A program made the translations under genes and the position numbers. Below, in pieces: positions 7,341 to 17,001 of a stretch of 64,000 nt of DNA. The stretch covers positions 4,057 to 68,056 of the forward strand of contig QCCT01000007.1 in NCBI GenBank assembly GCA_003281165.1, read 5' to 3'. The notes beneath the pieces were generated by a model. That model did not search any database. It saw only the letters and a program-made list of their open reading frames with translations, and was not told the origin of the DNA. This DNA comes from Prochlorococcus sp. AG-347-M18 (GTDB taxonomy: Bacteria > Cyanobacteriota > Cyanobacteriia > PCC-6307 > Cyanobiaceae). Position 1 is the stretch's first letter. Each line of letters opens with the position of its first letter.

Positions 7341-8198
7341 ATGAGAATTAAATACCTTCACAAACTTGAATATAAATACGAAGATCCTGTTCAATTAGGC
7401 GAGCATAGATTATGTATAAAGCCAAGGTCAAATGGCTTCCAAAAACTAAAGAATTTTGAATTAAAAATAACCCCAGAACCAGAAATTATTTATCCATTAC
7501 TTGCTGCCAGCGGAGAAGAGATTAATAGAATCAGATTCAATGGATTAACAGATAATTTAATTATTGAATCAATCAGCGAAGTTGAAACTATTAAACATCC
7601 AAATATTATTGACGGTGTTAAAAATAGAGATTTAACATTACCTTTTTGTAGAAGCATTATTAATAGAGATTTGCAGGGAGCATTAGAGGGCTGGATGCCA
7701 AATGGACAACACGATCCCTCTGCCGTAGAACTTGCCCAAGAAGCCTTAGCAGGTAGCATTAATAACGCATTATCATTTACCTACCAGCTAATAGAGATTA
7801 TTCAAGATCGGGTAAAATATACCAAGAGACATACAGGTCCAGCATGGCCGGCCAGCAGAACACTTAAAGAACGTATAGGTTCATGCAGAGATTTAGCAAT
7901 GCTGATGGTTGAAGCTTGTAGGTCTATAGGTATCCCAAGTAGATTTGTAAGTGGTTATCATTTCGAAGATCCGTTACCCTCTGAGTTGGATTTACACGCT
8001 TGGGCTGAATTATATATTCCAGGTGCTGGTTGGAGAGGTTTTGATCCAAGCGGAAAAGGATTAATAGATGATAGATATTTAACATTGGTATCTTCTTCAA
8101 AATCTAATTTAACTTCTGTAATTACAGGAAACTTTATAGGAAAAAATAATTTAGAAAATACTTTATCCTGGGAAATCAAACCACTTGAAATTAAATAA
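7341..8198 (+). CDS. Transglutaminase-like protein (COG1305) with bacterial N-terminal domain
   Basis: Catalytic triad GSCRD / LHAWAE / GFDPS; SRFVSGY; N-terminal HxLEYxY...HRLCIKPR. Confidence 0.92.
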   Translation: MRIKYLHKLEYKYEDPVQLGEHRLCIKPRSNGFQKLKNFELKITPEPEIIYPLLAASGEEINRIRFNGLTDNLIIESISEVETIKHPNIIDGVKNRDLTLPFCRSIINRDLQGALEGWMPNGQHDPSAVELAQEALAGSINNALSFTYQLIEIIQDRVKYTKRHTGPAWPASRTLKERIGSCRDLAMLMVEACRSIGIPSRFVSGYHFEDPLPSELDLHAWAELYIPGAGWRGFDPSGKGLIDDRYLTLVSSSKSNLTSVITGNFIGKNNLENTLSWEIKPLEIK

Positions 8199-8323
8199 AC
8201 ACTAAATTCTTAATCTTTTTAATAACAAAAAAACATAAATAATAATATGTTTCTTTTTTAGTGTTAATTGATACGTTCTTGGATATATATATCTGTTTTC
8301 ATTTGTTTAATCTTTAAAGAAAA

Positions 8324-8845
8324 TTGAACTCAAGTTTAGAAATTCCAGTTATCAAATCAAACAAATCGAAAATGTTTGAATTGATAAGTTATGAAAAATT
8401 TCGCGATACAAAAGATGTAAGATTTTTTGATATTAGTGTTAATGAATCCAACTATAGAGATCTAGTTATTCACAGTGGTCCTGCAGTTAGTCCGCCAAAT
8501 GATGAAGAATTTAATAATTGGCAATTTTACATACATCACAATCAAGAAGATAATCTACTTGCTATCTCTGGGGGAAGAACATTTTTTCTTGTCAATTTTG
8601 GCTGGGATTATCCTTTTTATAAAGTTAGATTAGAATCTTGTGGATATATTCTAAGAATACCTAGAGGAACTTTTCATCGATCAGTATCTGACCAAAACGG
8701 TTCAATAGTTTTAAATCAAGCTATAAGAGATAAAGAAGGTACAGTAGAATCTGAATTCAAGGTAACGAATAGCAAAGATAATAAAAAACTTCTAGATTGT
8801 ATAACTAATCTAGAACCTAGATTTAAAATTTATAGTGTTAAATAA
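8324..8845 (+). CDS. Conserved cupin-fold hypothetical protein
   Basis: HSGPAVSPP, FYIHHNQEDN and IPRGTFHRS match the two cupin metal motifs. TTG start at 8324; alternative ATG at 8372. Confidence 0.75.
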   Translation: MNSSLEIPVIKSNKSKMFELISYEKFRDTKDVRFFDISVNESNYRDLVIHSGPAVSPPNDEEFNNWQFYIHHNQEDNLLAISGGRTFFLVNFGWDYPFYKVRLESCGYILRIPRGTFHRSVSDQNGSIVLNQAIRDKEGTVESEFKVTNSKDNKKLLDCITNLEPRFKIYSVK

Positions 8846-8928
8846 TCTTAAAAAGGTTTTCCAAATTTATATATCAATTTTAAAAATTATCTAATTGTTA
8901 TAAAATAATAATATTCAGATTTTCTAGT

Positions 8929-9447
8929 ATGAAATTTTTTAGTTTTTTAAAATATCTTTTATGCATAACTTTTTCTTTCTTAGTTTTTTCCTCTCCAGTT
9001 TTTGCTGGCGCGAATGTTGCTGTTAAAGGAGAAGGAGATGAAGTTCCAAGTTATGTAAGATCTAATATTACAGGATATAATTTCCATGGAGAAGATCTTC
9101 ATTTGTCATCTATAGCTGGAGCAGTTGCAAGAGACGCAGATTTTAGTGATGTTGATTTACATGGGACAACCTTAACCCTATCTGATTTAAAAGGTTCTAA
9201 TTTAAATGGAATCGACCTGACCGATACTCTTTCTGATCGAGTTAATTTCCAAAAAACAGATCTTAGAAATGCTGTTTTAATAAATATGATCGCCTCAGGT
9301 AGCAGTTTTGCGGGAGCTCAAATAGAAGGAGCAGATTTTTCTTACGCTATTCTTGACAGCGAGGACCAAAGAAATCTTTGTGAAATTGCTGATGGTATCA
9401 ATCCAAAAACAGGCGTTTCAACAAGAGAGAGTCTTGAATGTAATTAG
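8929..9447 (+). CDS. Secreted/lumenal pentapeptide-repeat protein
   Basis: Signal peptide ending VFA; ADFSD-VDLHG-TTLTL-SDLKG-SNLNG repeats; C-terminal LC...TRESLEC. Confidence 0.9.
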   Translation: MKFFSFLKYLLCITFSFLVFSSPVFAGANVAVKGEGDEVPSYVRSNITGYNFHGEDLHLSSIAGAVARDADFSDVDLHGTTLTLSDLKGSNLNGIDLTDTLSDRVNFQKTDLRNAVLINMIASGSSFAGAQIEGADFSYAILDSEDQRNLCEIADGINPKTGVSTRESLECN

Positions 9448-9456
9448 AATTTAAAA

Positions 9457-9810
9457 CTATAAGTAAACTTTTTTACCATTATTAAATTTATAAATTCTTT
9501 GTTCATTGTCTTGAAATATCATCTCACCATTTAATTTGGATTTCTTAAATTTTGAAAGTCTTGCTCTGTGTATATTGGATTTTCTATTAATATTTTCTTC
9601 ATTTTCATAAATTCCAATATAAATATTTATATTAGGGTTTGAAAAGGTTTTTTCTTCCTCCCTCAAAAAAATCCTATCAATATTTGTTTGCGTGCTCTGT
9701 AGTTTATTTTTAAATTTATCTAATTTTAAGTTCTTTGTTTTTTTAGAATTAATTTTTTTGTAGCCCAAAAAAATAACTCCTAAAATTAGAAAAAATATAA
9801 ATATATTCAT
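9457..9810 (-). CDS. Hypothetical protein with N-terminal membrane anchor
   Basis: 117-aa ORF, hydrophobic N-terminus then basic domain. Confidence 0.65.
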   Translation of the reverse strand: MNIFIFFLILGVIFLGYKKINSKKTKNLKLDKFKNKLQSTQTNIDRIFLREEEKTFSNPNINIYIGIYENEENINRKSNIHRARLSKFKKSKLNGEMIFQDNEQRIYKFNNGKKVYL

Positions 9811-10001
9811 TACTTAATTTTTATTTTTATATCTACGCCTAAGTTACTTTTAGTAGTTAATATTTCTTTTTTTATGATTCCATAGGTAAAAATTTTAGAT
9901 AAAGTTTTTAAAGATTTAAAAAATAAAAAAACAGTAAATAAAAAGAAAACAATAATGTTTTCTACAAGTAGATTTTTATTTTTATTATCTAGATTGCTCA
10001 T
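9810..10001 (-). CDS. Hypothetical small membrane protein
   Basis: 63 aa, one hydrophobic helix, stop overlaps next start (TAATG). Confidence 0.5.
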   Translation of the reverse strand: MSNLDNKNKNLLVENIIVFFLFTVFLFFKSLKTLSKIFTYGIIKKEILTTKSNLGVDIKIKIK

Positions 10002-10017
10002 ATAAGTCTTAATTCAA

Positions 10018-10887
10018 TTATTTTTCATCACTATTTGCATATGGGCCGAAAAATTCACTGGCGTCTCTTCCCATTACTTTAGCAAGATTTAAACTTTTAT
10101 CTATATCCCATTTAGATGCCATCCCATAAAGAATCCCAGCAGCAAAAGAATCGCCACATCCATAAGAATCAACCTTTAATTTTTTGTTTTTAAGAGCCTT
10201 ATATCTTCCTCCTGGGAATATTATGCCTCCCTTCTCGCCCTCAGTTTTAATAGTATATTTGGGTTTTAACGATAATTCAGAAAAAGAAAAAACTTCTCCA
10301 GGATCAAAATTACTGCCTATTAATCCATCTAAAAGAACATTTGATTTATTAATTGTATTTAATCCTACCCTTGGTGTTGTACAAAGTATTGAAGCTGATC
10401 TAGCCATTTTAAAAATCTCTGAATCAGATGCCGTAATAAAAATTCCATCCATTTTTTTTAAAATATTCCATTCCAAATTGTCTTTATGAGTTGGAGCTAA
10501 CCTTTCACCAATAACTGTTATTGCTCTTTCGCCTTTGGAGTCAATTAAACTAAATCCTCTTCTAGTCGGTTTATCACGCCAAGCTACATGCATCTTAATT
10601 CCCATATTTGAGAGAATCTTGAAACACTTATCTCCATATTCATCATTACCTAATGACGTAAAAAAATGAATTTGGTTTAAAGTTAAATCAGAAAGTTTTT
10701 TCGCGATAATAGAGCCACCACCAGCTGGATACTCAAGAGATTTTTCAGAATGAGAAATGACGCCTGGTTTTGGTAATTGATCGACCTTTAAGAAATTTAT
10801 CCACTCAACATGACCAACAACAGCAAAATTTAAATTTCCTTTTTTAGATTTATAGTCTTCAACTTTATTATTCTTTTCAACAACCAT
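10018..10887 (-). CDS. PfkB/ribokinase-family carbohydrate kinase
   Basis: PAGGG N-terminal signature, LGNDEYG, C-terminal DSYGCGDSFAAG anion-hole motif. Confidence 0.88.
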   Translation of the reverse strand: MVVEKNNKVEDYKSKKGNLNFAVVGHVEWINFLKVDQLPKPGVISHSEKSLEYPAGGGSIIAKKLSDLTLNQIHFFTSLGNDEYGDKCFKILSNMGIKMHVAWRDKPTRRGFSLIDSKGERAITVIGERLAPTHKDNLEWNILKKMDGIFITASDSEIFKMARSASILCTTPRVGLNTINKSNVLLDGLIGSNFDPGEVFSFSELSLKPKYTIKTEGEKGGIIFPGGRYKALKNKKLKVDSYGCGDSFAAGILYGMASKWDIDKSLNLAKVMGRDASEFFGPYANSDEK

Positions 10888-10928
10888 AAGCTTTTAAATA
10901 CTATTATTAAAAGAAATATTTTTGACAA

Positions 10929-11300
10929 GTGAATTCATTTAACATTTTAAAAGATAATAAACAGATACTATCTTATCTTTACCTTTTTCTATCAATTTTG
11001 GGTGCTGTCCTGCCAATGATGGCAAATTTCGAATTTGCTAGGGAATATGGAAACAGCTTTGATATAAATAACTTCATTTCTTTAGCAAATGCAAACCCTG
11101 CAGCTCAGTCAATTTCTAGAGACTTACTAGTAGGTGCAAGCGCTATTTTTATATGGATAGTAAATGAATCAAAAAAACTAAACATGAAGAATATGTGGGT
11201 TGTATACATTGGAACTTTTCTTATAGCCTTCGCATTCTCTGCACCTTTTTTCTTATTTCTAAGAGAGAGAAGAATTATTGAATTAGAAAAGATTAATTAA
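10929..11300 (+). CDS. DUF2834-like membrane protein
   Basis: Three hydrophobic helices; ANPAAQSISRDL and PFFLFLRER ending. Confidence 0.75.
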   Translation: MNSFNILKDNKQILSYLYLFLSILGAVLPMMANFEFAREYGNSFDINNFISLANANPAAQSISRDLLVGASAIFIWIVNESKKLNMKNMWVVYIGTFLIAFAFSAPFFLFLRERRIIELEKIN

Positions 11301-12526
11301 AATAATCTCTTAAATAGAATTGTAAAGGCAATAAAGCAACAACAAGAAATTGAAAGCCAGATTATTGAAGCATAACCAAATAGATCTAATATGCGTCCTG
11401 AAATAAATGGTCCAAAAAAATAACCCATAGCGAAACATTGTGATAGTAGAGCGAGTGCAAAACCTTTTTTATTTGAAGGAGCTATTCTGAAAACGATATC
11501 TGTTGATGTAGGAAGAAATGAAGCAGTCCCTAAACTTACTAAAATTAATGCCAAAGAAATTAAATAAAACGCTGGGATATTTAAATAACTAGAAATAAAT
11601 AATAAAAATGAAGCGAAAGTGAAATTTATTAAACTAAATTTCAAGCCAAATAATCTTTCTTTCTTAGATATCCAAGAACCAACAGGCCATTGTAAAAATA
11701 ACAATAAAATTAACTGAATAGAAATTATAAGACTAATAATTTCTTTGCTTAATGCATTACGATATACTCCACCTTTAACAAGATCCAGAGGCAAAGTTAC
11801 TTGTATCAAGGCTAAAGAGGTAGTTATCAATAAAATAGATAAAATTATTATTGTTGAATTTTTATTCCATTTCAATTGTCCCTGATTAATTGGATCTACT
11901 AATTTTTTTTGAAAAATTTCTAAGTTTCTTTTTATAGAGGAACTATTTCTAGATATTAAATACGTGATAACTAACATGCAAAATATATCATTTATAAATA
12001 TTGATTTGGAATACAAAAAATTCGTCATATAACCCCCTAAGAATACCCCTAGAAATATTCCTAAAGCTTCCGAACTTCTAACAAGGGCATAAGCTTTACG
12101 TGTTTCAATGGGATGACAAAAATAGGGCACCCCAAACTCGGCAGCAGGCCAATATATTCCTGCAGCAGCACCAACAAGTGATTGTCCAATTATGTACAAA
12201 AAAGTATCTCTTGAAAAAATAAGGCAAAAGCTAGCGGCAATACTTAGTATTGAAGAAGTAATTATCGGAAATTGTATTTTTCCCGTTTTATTAAGATAAT
12301 TACCTGTAAAGAGTCTTGTTACTGTTCCAATTATTGCTGAAATGGTAAATCCAAGGCCAATATCTGTCGCCGATAATCCTAGGTTATTAAAAATAAGTGA
12401 TGTTAAATAAATAACACCTCCTGCTCCAAATGCAGCAAAAAATCTTATCTTGGTTATTAACCTCAAATGATAAGGAAATTGAATCCACCAATTTTTGCAA
12501 ATTTGTAAACTATTTGGACTAATCAC
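11297..12526 (-). CDS. MFS transporter
   Basis: 409 aa with about 12 hydrophobic segments; GAAAGIYWP and GPFISGRILD motifs. Confidence 0.85.
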   Translation of the reverse strand: MISPNSLQICKNWWIQFPYHLRLITKIRFFAAFGAGGVIYLTSLIFNNLGLSATDIGLGFTISAIIGTVTRLFTGNYLNKTGKIQFPIITSSILSIAASFCLIFSRDTFLYIIGQSLVGAAAGIYWPAAEFGVPYFCHPIETRKAYALVRSSEALGIFLGVFLGGYMTNFLYSKSIFINDIFCMLVITYLISRNSSSIKRNLEIFQKKLVDPINQGQLKWNKNSTIIILSILLITTSLALIQVTLPLDLVKGGVYRNALSKEIISLIISIQLILLLFLQWPVGSWISKKERLFGLKFSLINFTFASFLLFISSYLNIPAFYLISLALILVSLGTASFLPTSTDIVFRIAPSNKKGFALALLSQCFAMGYFFGPFISGRILDLFGYASIIWLSISCCCFIAFTILFKRLF

Positions 12527-12528
12527 TA

Positions 12529-14079
12529 GTGAAATACATTTTTATAATTTTTTTTAGTTTTTGTGGTTTATTTTTTAATAATGGTTTAAAGGCTGCTGAA
12601 AAGATAAATATTAAGTTTGAAGAGATGGAAATCCCTCTTACTATAGAACAATTATCAAAATTAGAAAAATACAAAGATGATTCAACAGAATTAATAGATT
12701 GGTTAAAAAAAAATGGATTTATAAGAGTTTTTGAATTATCAAAATTTTTAAAATTTCCCGTTTTCAAGGAAGAGGGATTAAATAGAGAAATATTAAGAAG
12801 TTGGATAGGGCGTAAAATTCTTACAGAATTAAGCAAAAGCATTAAAGTTCCAAATGACAATAATGGAACAGAAATTTATAACACCATAGAAAATTTATTA
12901 GATCAAAAAAGAGAAGTTTCAACTTTAGAAATCATAAAGGCATTACCATCAGAAGAAATTTCACTTGATATTGATAATTTAATTTTAATAATTTCATCTT
13001 GGAAAAATGAATTATCAATGCAACAAGAACTTTTATCGAAATTAAATAAACTTGAAAAGACTAACCAAAATGCCTACAAAAATACTGAAAAAAAATCAAC
13101 TAAAGATCTAATAAAAATTGATAAAAAAATTTATGCTCCTCACCGAGTGAAACCTTTTGAAATTGAAATATGGAAAAGTAATAAAACTAATAAAAATAAA
13201 GAACTGATAATTTTTATGCCAGGACTTGGAGGCGAAATTAATAATTTCAAATGGATAGGCAACGAATTGGCCAAAAGAGGTTGGCCAATATTATTCATAG
13301 ATCATAGAGGAAGTAATTTGGATTCATTTATAGAAGTTCTCGAAGGTAAGGAAACAATCCCAGGAAGTGCAGACTTTTTCTTATATAGAATTAAAGATTT
13401 AGATGCTGTATTAAAAGCTCATGAAAATGGAGAATTTGGTTTACCTAATGATTCTTATATTTTAATGGGGCATTCACTTGGTGCTTTAATAGCACTTTTA
13501 TATGAAGGCAATAAACCTATTGATCAACTTGAGGAAAAATGTGATTCGGCATTAAAAGACTTTGCGGTAACAAATTTATCTAAATTACTTCAATGTCAGT
13601 TGAGCGAAATACCATTCACTAAGAAAAATAACTCTAATAAGGCCAGTGCGATTATAGGTTTTAATTCATTTGGCAGTTTAGTATGGCCAAAAGAAAATAG
13701 TACAGGCATTAAAACACCAACTCTTCTAATAGGTGGTACTTATGACCTTATTACACCATTAATGAATGAACAATTTAGAGTTTTTTCTGCTTTAAATAAT
13801 CCATCAAATAGATTTCTAATTATTGAAGGGGCAAGTCATTTCTCTCCAATAAGAATTAATAAAAACTATGGAGAAAATAATGACGTTTTCAAAATAAATG
13901 AAACTTTTATTGGTTCAGAGCCAATATTAGTACAAGACTTATCTACTAAATTTATAGTTGAATTTTTAAAAAATATTAAAGACGAAAAGATCCCTTATGT
14001 GATTAAAAACCAAAGAGATTTTGGACTTGATTTCCATCTTTTAGATCTTGAAACAATAAAAGAAATTTCCAAAAATTAG
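12529..14079 (+). CDS. Alpha/beta hydrolase with N-terminal DUF1400-type domain
   Basis: PGLGG, DHRGS, GHSLG nucleophile elbow, D(LITP), GASHFS. Confidence 0.85.
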   Translation: MKYIFIIFFSFCGLFFNNGLKAAEKINIKFEEMEIPLTIEQLSKLEKYKDDSTELIDWLKKNGFIRVFELSKFLKFPVFKEEGLNREILRSWIGRKILTELSKSIKVPNDNNGTEIYNTIENLLDQKREVSTLEIIKALPSEEISLDIDNLILIISSWKNELSMQQELLSKLNKLEKTNQNAYKNTEKKSTKDLIKIDKKIYAPHRVKPFEIEIWKSNKTNKNKELIIFMPGLGGEINNFKWIGNELAKRGWPILFIDHRGSNLDSFIEVLEGKETIPGSADFFLYRIKDLDAVLKAHENGEFGLPNDSYILMGHSLGALIALLYEGNKPIDQLEEKCDSALKDFAVTNLSKLLQCQLSEIPFTKKNNSNKASAIIGFNSFGSLVWPKENSTGIKTPTLLIGGTYDLITPLMNEQFRVFSALNNPSNRFLIIEGASHFSPIRINKNYGENNDVFKINETFIGSEPILVQDLSTKFIVEFLKNIKDEKIPYVIKNQRDFGLDFHLLDLETIKEISKN

Positions 14080-15098
14080 TACTCTATTCGTGGATCTAAA
14101 TATGCGATTAAAATATCCACGAAGAGATTTAAAGAGACTATGAGCATAGAGGTAAAAATTACAATTCCTTGAACCAAGGTATAGTCTCTTTGAGAAATAG
14201 CTTCATGTAATCTTAAAGCAATACCTGGCCATGAAAAAGTTACCTCGAACAATAAAGCACCTCCTGCTAATGAGGCCATAGTCAAGCCAGAAATAGTGAC
14301 AATTGGCAATAGAGCATTAGGCAATGCATGATTTAAAAATATTTTTTTCCTTGATATTCCTCTGCATATGGCAGCATTTACATAATCACTTTTTAATGTC
14401 TTATCCAAATTTACTCTTAATGAGCGGCTGAATATACCACTTAATAAAAAGCCAAGGGTAATAGAAGGAAGTGCGAGATGATAAAGACTATCTTTCAAGG
14501 CAATAATATTATTTGAAAGAATACTATCTAAAACTAGAAAACCTGTAATTTGGGGTTGTTGCTGAAATATTGGAAATCTACCTCCAATTGGGGAAATATT
14601 AAAGAATACCGAAAATAATAATTGCGCTAACATCGCACCCCAAAAAGGAGGGATCGCATATGTAGCAATTCCTAATATTCTCGCAATATAATCAGTCTTT
14701 TTCCCTCTATTTCTTAAACCAATTAATCCCAATGGGAAACCTATAAGTGTTGCAATTAATATTGAAAAGAACCCAAGCTCAATACTTGCAGGCAATGACT
14801 TAATAATAATTTTTAGGACTGGCTCCTGGGTACTAAGAGATTGGCCAAAATCTAAGTGCAATATATTTTTAATATATGAAAAATATTGATTTATTAAAGG
14901 TTCATTTAGCCCCAATTTATTTCTTAGAAATTCCCTAGAAACCTCATCTGCACCAGATCCAAGTATGGCATCGACAGGATCGCCAGGAGCAACTCTTAAT
15001 AAAATAAAAACTAATGAAGAAATTATCCATAACATTATCGGTATTAATGAAATTTTTAATAAGGAATAATTTAGTAATTTATTTAAATTTCTACTCAT
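14076..15098 (-). CDS. dppB: Oligopeptide ABC transporter permease
   Basis: APGDPV, LGLNEPL...DFGQS, EAA-loop DYVNAAICRG, TFSWPGI, LDPRI. Confidence 0.9.
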   Translation of the reverse strand: MSRNLNKLLNYSLLKISLIPIMLWIISSLVFILLRVAPGDPVDAILGSGADEVSREFLRNKLGLNEPLINQYFSYIKNILHLDFGQSLSTQEPVLKIIIKSLPASIELGFFSILIATLIGFPLGLIGLRNRGKKTDYIARILGIATYAIPPFWGAMLAQLLFSVFFNISPIGGRFPIFQQQPQITGFLVLDSILSNNIIALKDSLYHLALPSITLGFLLSGIFSRSLRVNLDKTLKSDYVNAAICRGISRKKIFLNHALPNALLPIVTISGLTMASLAGGALLFEVTFSWPGIALRLHEAISQRDYTLVQGIVIFTSMLIVSLNLFVDILIAYLDPRIEY

Positions 15099-16662
15099 TA
15101 ATTAATTCAAGATCACTCAATGAAATTATTCCTGCACCATTAAAAATAGGTTTTGATATTTTATTTTGAGACCATGCTTTTTGGGAGGATATCAAAATAG
15201 GAATATAAGGTATTGAACTTGCAGCTATTTTTTCAATTTCAATAAGTTTTTCTAATCTTTCAATTCCACTTATTTTTTCACTCTCAAGAAATAAACTTTC
15301 CACTTTATTAGATCCCCAAAAACTACCGCTGTAAACTGATTCTCCTTTTTTACATATTTCATCAACTATTTCATTACAACTTAAAAGAGGAGTGAGATAG
15401 GCCTCTGGATCTGAATAAGCCCCAGTCCAATCGAGAAGAACTGCCGTATAAATTCCTAAACTTAGATTCTTATAAACTGTTGTAGATTCAACCCCATTGA
15501 TTTCAATATCAATACAATCTCTCAAAGAACTTTTAATTTCTTCTTGCCATGTAAGAGCAATAAGCTTGTCAGCTGGTACATTCGATCTATAAGTAAGGGG
15601 TATTTTTAAAATATTTCCGTTACAATAATTTTCTTTTTGCAATAACCTTCTCGCTTCTAAATAATCATATTTAGGCCACAGTTCTTGATTATCTTTTTTT
15701 AATATCGGAGGAATTATTGATCTAGATGGCTTCCTTAATCCATAACTTACTTTCTCAGTAATCAATTTTCTATTAAGACTTTTTGCCAAAGCAAGTCTTA
15801 AATTAAGATTACTTAAGGGATAAGAACTTGTTTTTAGGCTTAAAAAACTTAATTCAGTGAAAGGACTATTACCTTCATTAAACTCTTTATTTTTGCTTAA
15901 ATTATTTAAACTTTTTCTCTGACTATCATCAATTGAATTTGATAAAAGAACGTCAATTTGTTTACTTTTTAAAGCTCCAAAAAGAGAAGATGAATTTGAA
16001 TATCCCACAAAATTAACGCCCTCATTTAAGGGCTTTTCACCCCAATAATTCAAATATGGATCAATTGATTGAACTTCATTAGAAAAACTGGTCAGCACAT
16101 ACTTGCCAGTACCAACGAATTTTTCATTTAGAAACTTATCAGAATATTGTTTGTAAAAGGTAGGAGATATAGGAGTTAAATTTACTGATGTAAGTAAACC
16201 ATTTAAAGAACTTGACGGTTTATTCAAATTTATAATAACTGAATATTCACTTGGCGTTTCTATTGATTTAATCTTATTTCCTAAAATATAATTCATAGTT
16301 CCAATTCTTTTGAATCTATCAAAGGTAAACTTTATAGCATTGGAGTTAAATAAAGTTCCATCGTGAAAAAAAACATTCTTTCTTAAATTGATAGTTATTT
16401 GAAGTCTATCCTTTGAAATAATTGGCATCCCCGATGCTAATTCAGGGATTAATTCACCATCAGAATTTAATTCATATAATGTATCTCCTAGAGAACTGAT
16501 TAATTGAATTGCTTTAAGAGTATTTGCTCTAGCAGGATCTAAAGATTCAATTTTTCCAGAACTCGCTACTATGATTTTTTTAGATATTCTTTTTGAGCCG
16601 CAAGAATTCTGTAGAAAAGAAATTAAAATAATAAATATTAATAAAACAACTTTTTTTTTCAT
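15091..16662 (-). CDS. dppA: Oligopeptide ABC transporter substrate-binding lipoprotein (family 5)
   Basis: Lipobox-like NSC, SLDPA, PELA, FHDGT, VGTGKY. Confidence 0.88.
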   Translation of the reverse strand: MKKKVVLLIFIILISFLQNSCGSKRISKKIIVASSGKIESLDPARANTLKAIQLISSLGDTLYELNSDGELIPELASGMPIISKDRLQITINLRKNVFFHDGTLFNSNAIKFTFDRFKRIGTMNYILGNKIKSIETPSEYSVIINLNKPSSSLNGLLTSVNLTPISPTFYKQYSDKFLNEKFVGTGKYVLTSFSNEVQSIDPYLNYWGEKPLNEGVNFVGYSNSSSLFGALKSKQIDVLLSNSIDDSQRKSLNNLSKNKEFNEGNSPFTELSFLSLKTSSYPLSNLNLRLALAKSLNRKLITEKVSYGLRKPSRSIIPPILKKDNQELWPKYDYLEARRLLQKENYCNGNILKIPLTYRSNVPADKLIALTWQEEIKSSLRDCIDIEINGVESTTVYKNLSLGIYTAVLLDWTGAYSDPEAYLTPLLSCNEIVDEICKKGESVYSGSFWGSNKVESLFLESEKISGIERLEKLIEIEKIAASSIPYIPILISSQKAWSQNKISKPIFNGAGIISLSDLELINE

Positions 16663-16931
16663 ATTTCACAATTACTTAATTTTTCTGAAGAATTATTTGA
16701 ACAAAAAATTTGTAAGGTTATTTGACTAATTTCTAAAGCAAACGTTTTTTTTGAATTACAGGCAAAAGGCCACTCTCTCACCCAACAGATTTCTTTACCT
16801 ATATTTAGACCAATTACTTGAAAAGTCTTATTGCTATTTTTAATTTTTACACAAGCACCTTTATAAAGGTTTTCAGAAAAAATTAAATTATTATTTTCAT
16901 TATTTTTATCTAATAGTTTTGAATGAATCAT
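16659..16931 (-). CDS. Hypothetical protein
   Basis: 90-aa ORF overlapping the dppA start; beta-rich core FQVIG...CWVREWP. Confidence 0.6.
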   Translation of the reverse strand: MIHSKLLDKNNENNNLIFSENLYKGACVKIKNSNKTFQVIGLNIGKEICWVREWPFACNSKKTFALEISQITLQIFCSNNSSEKLSNCEI

Positions 16932-17001
16932 TAAGATGCTAAAACCAAAAACTTACTTTCTTCGGTTTACCAAGCTATAAAGAAATTTGCAAACTATTTT
17001 T

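Noticed and set aside
8261-8293. GTG-N8-TAC and GATATATATATC palindrome upstream of the cupin gene
   Set aside because: Imperfect NtcA match without a properly spaced -10; a short AT repeat is expected in AT-rich DNA.
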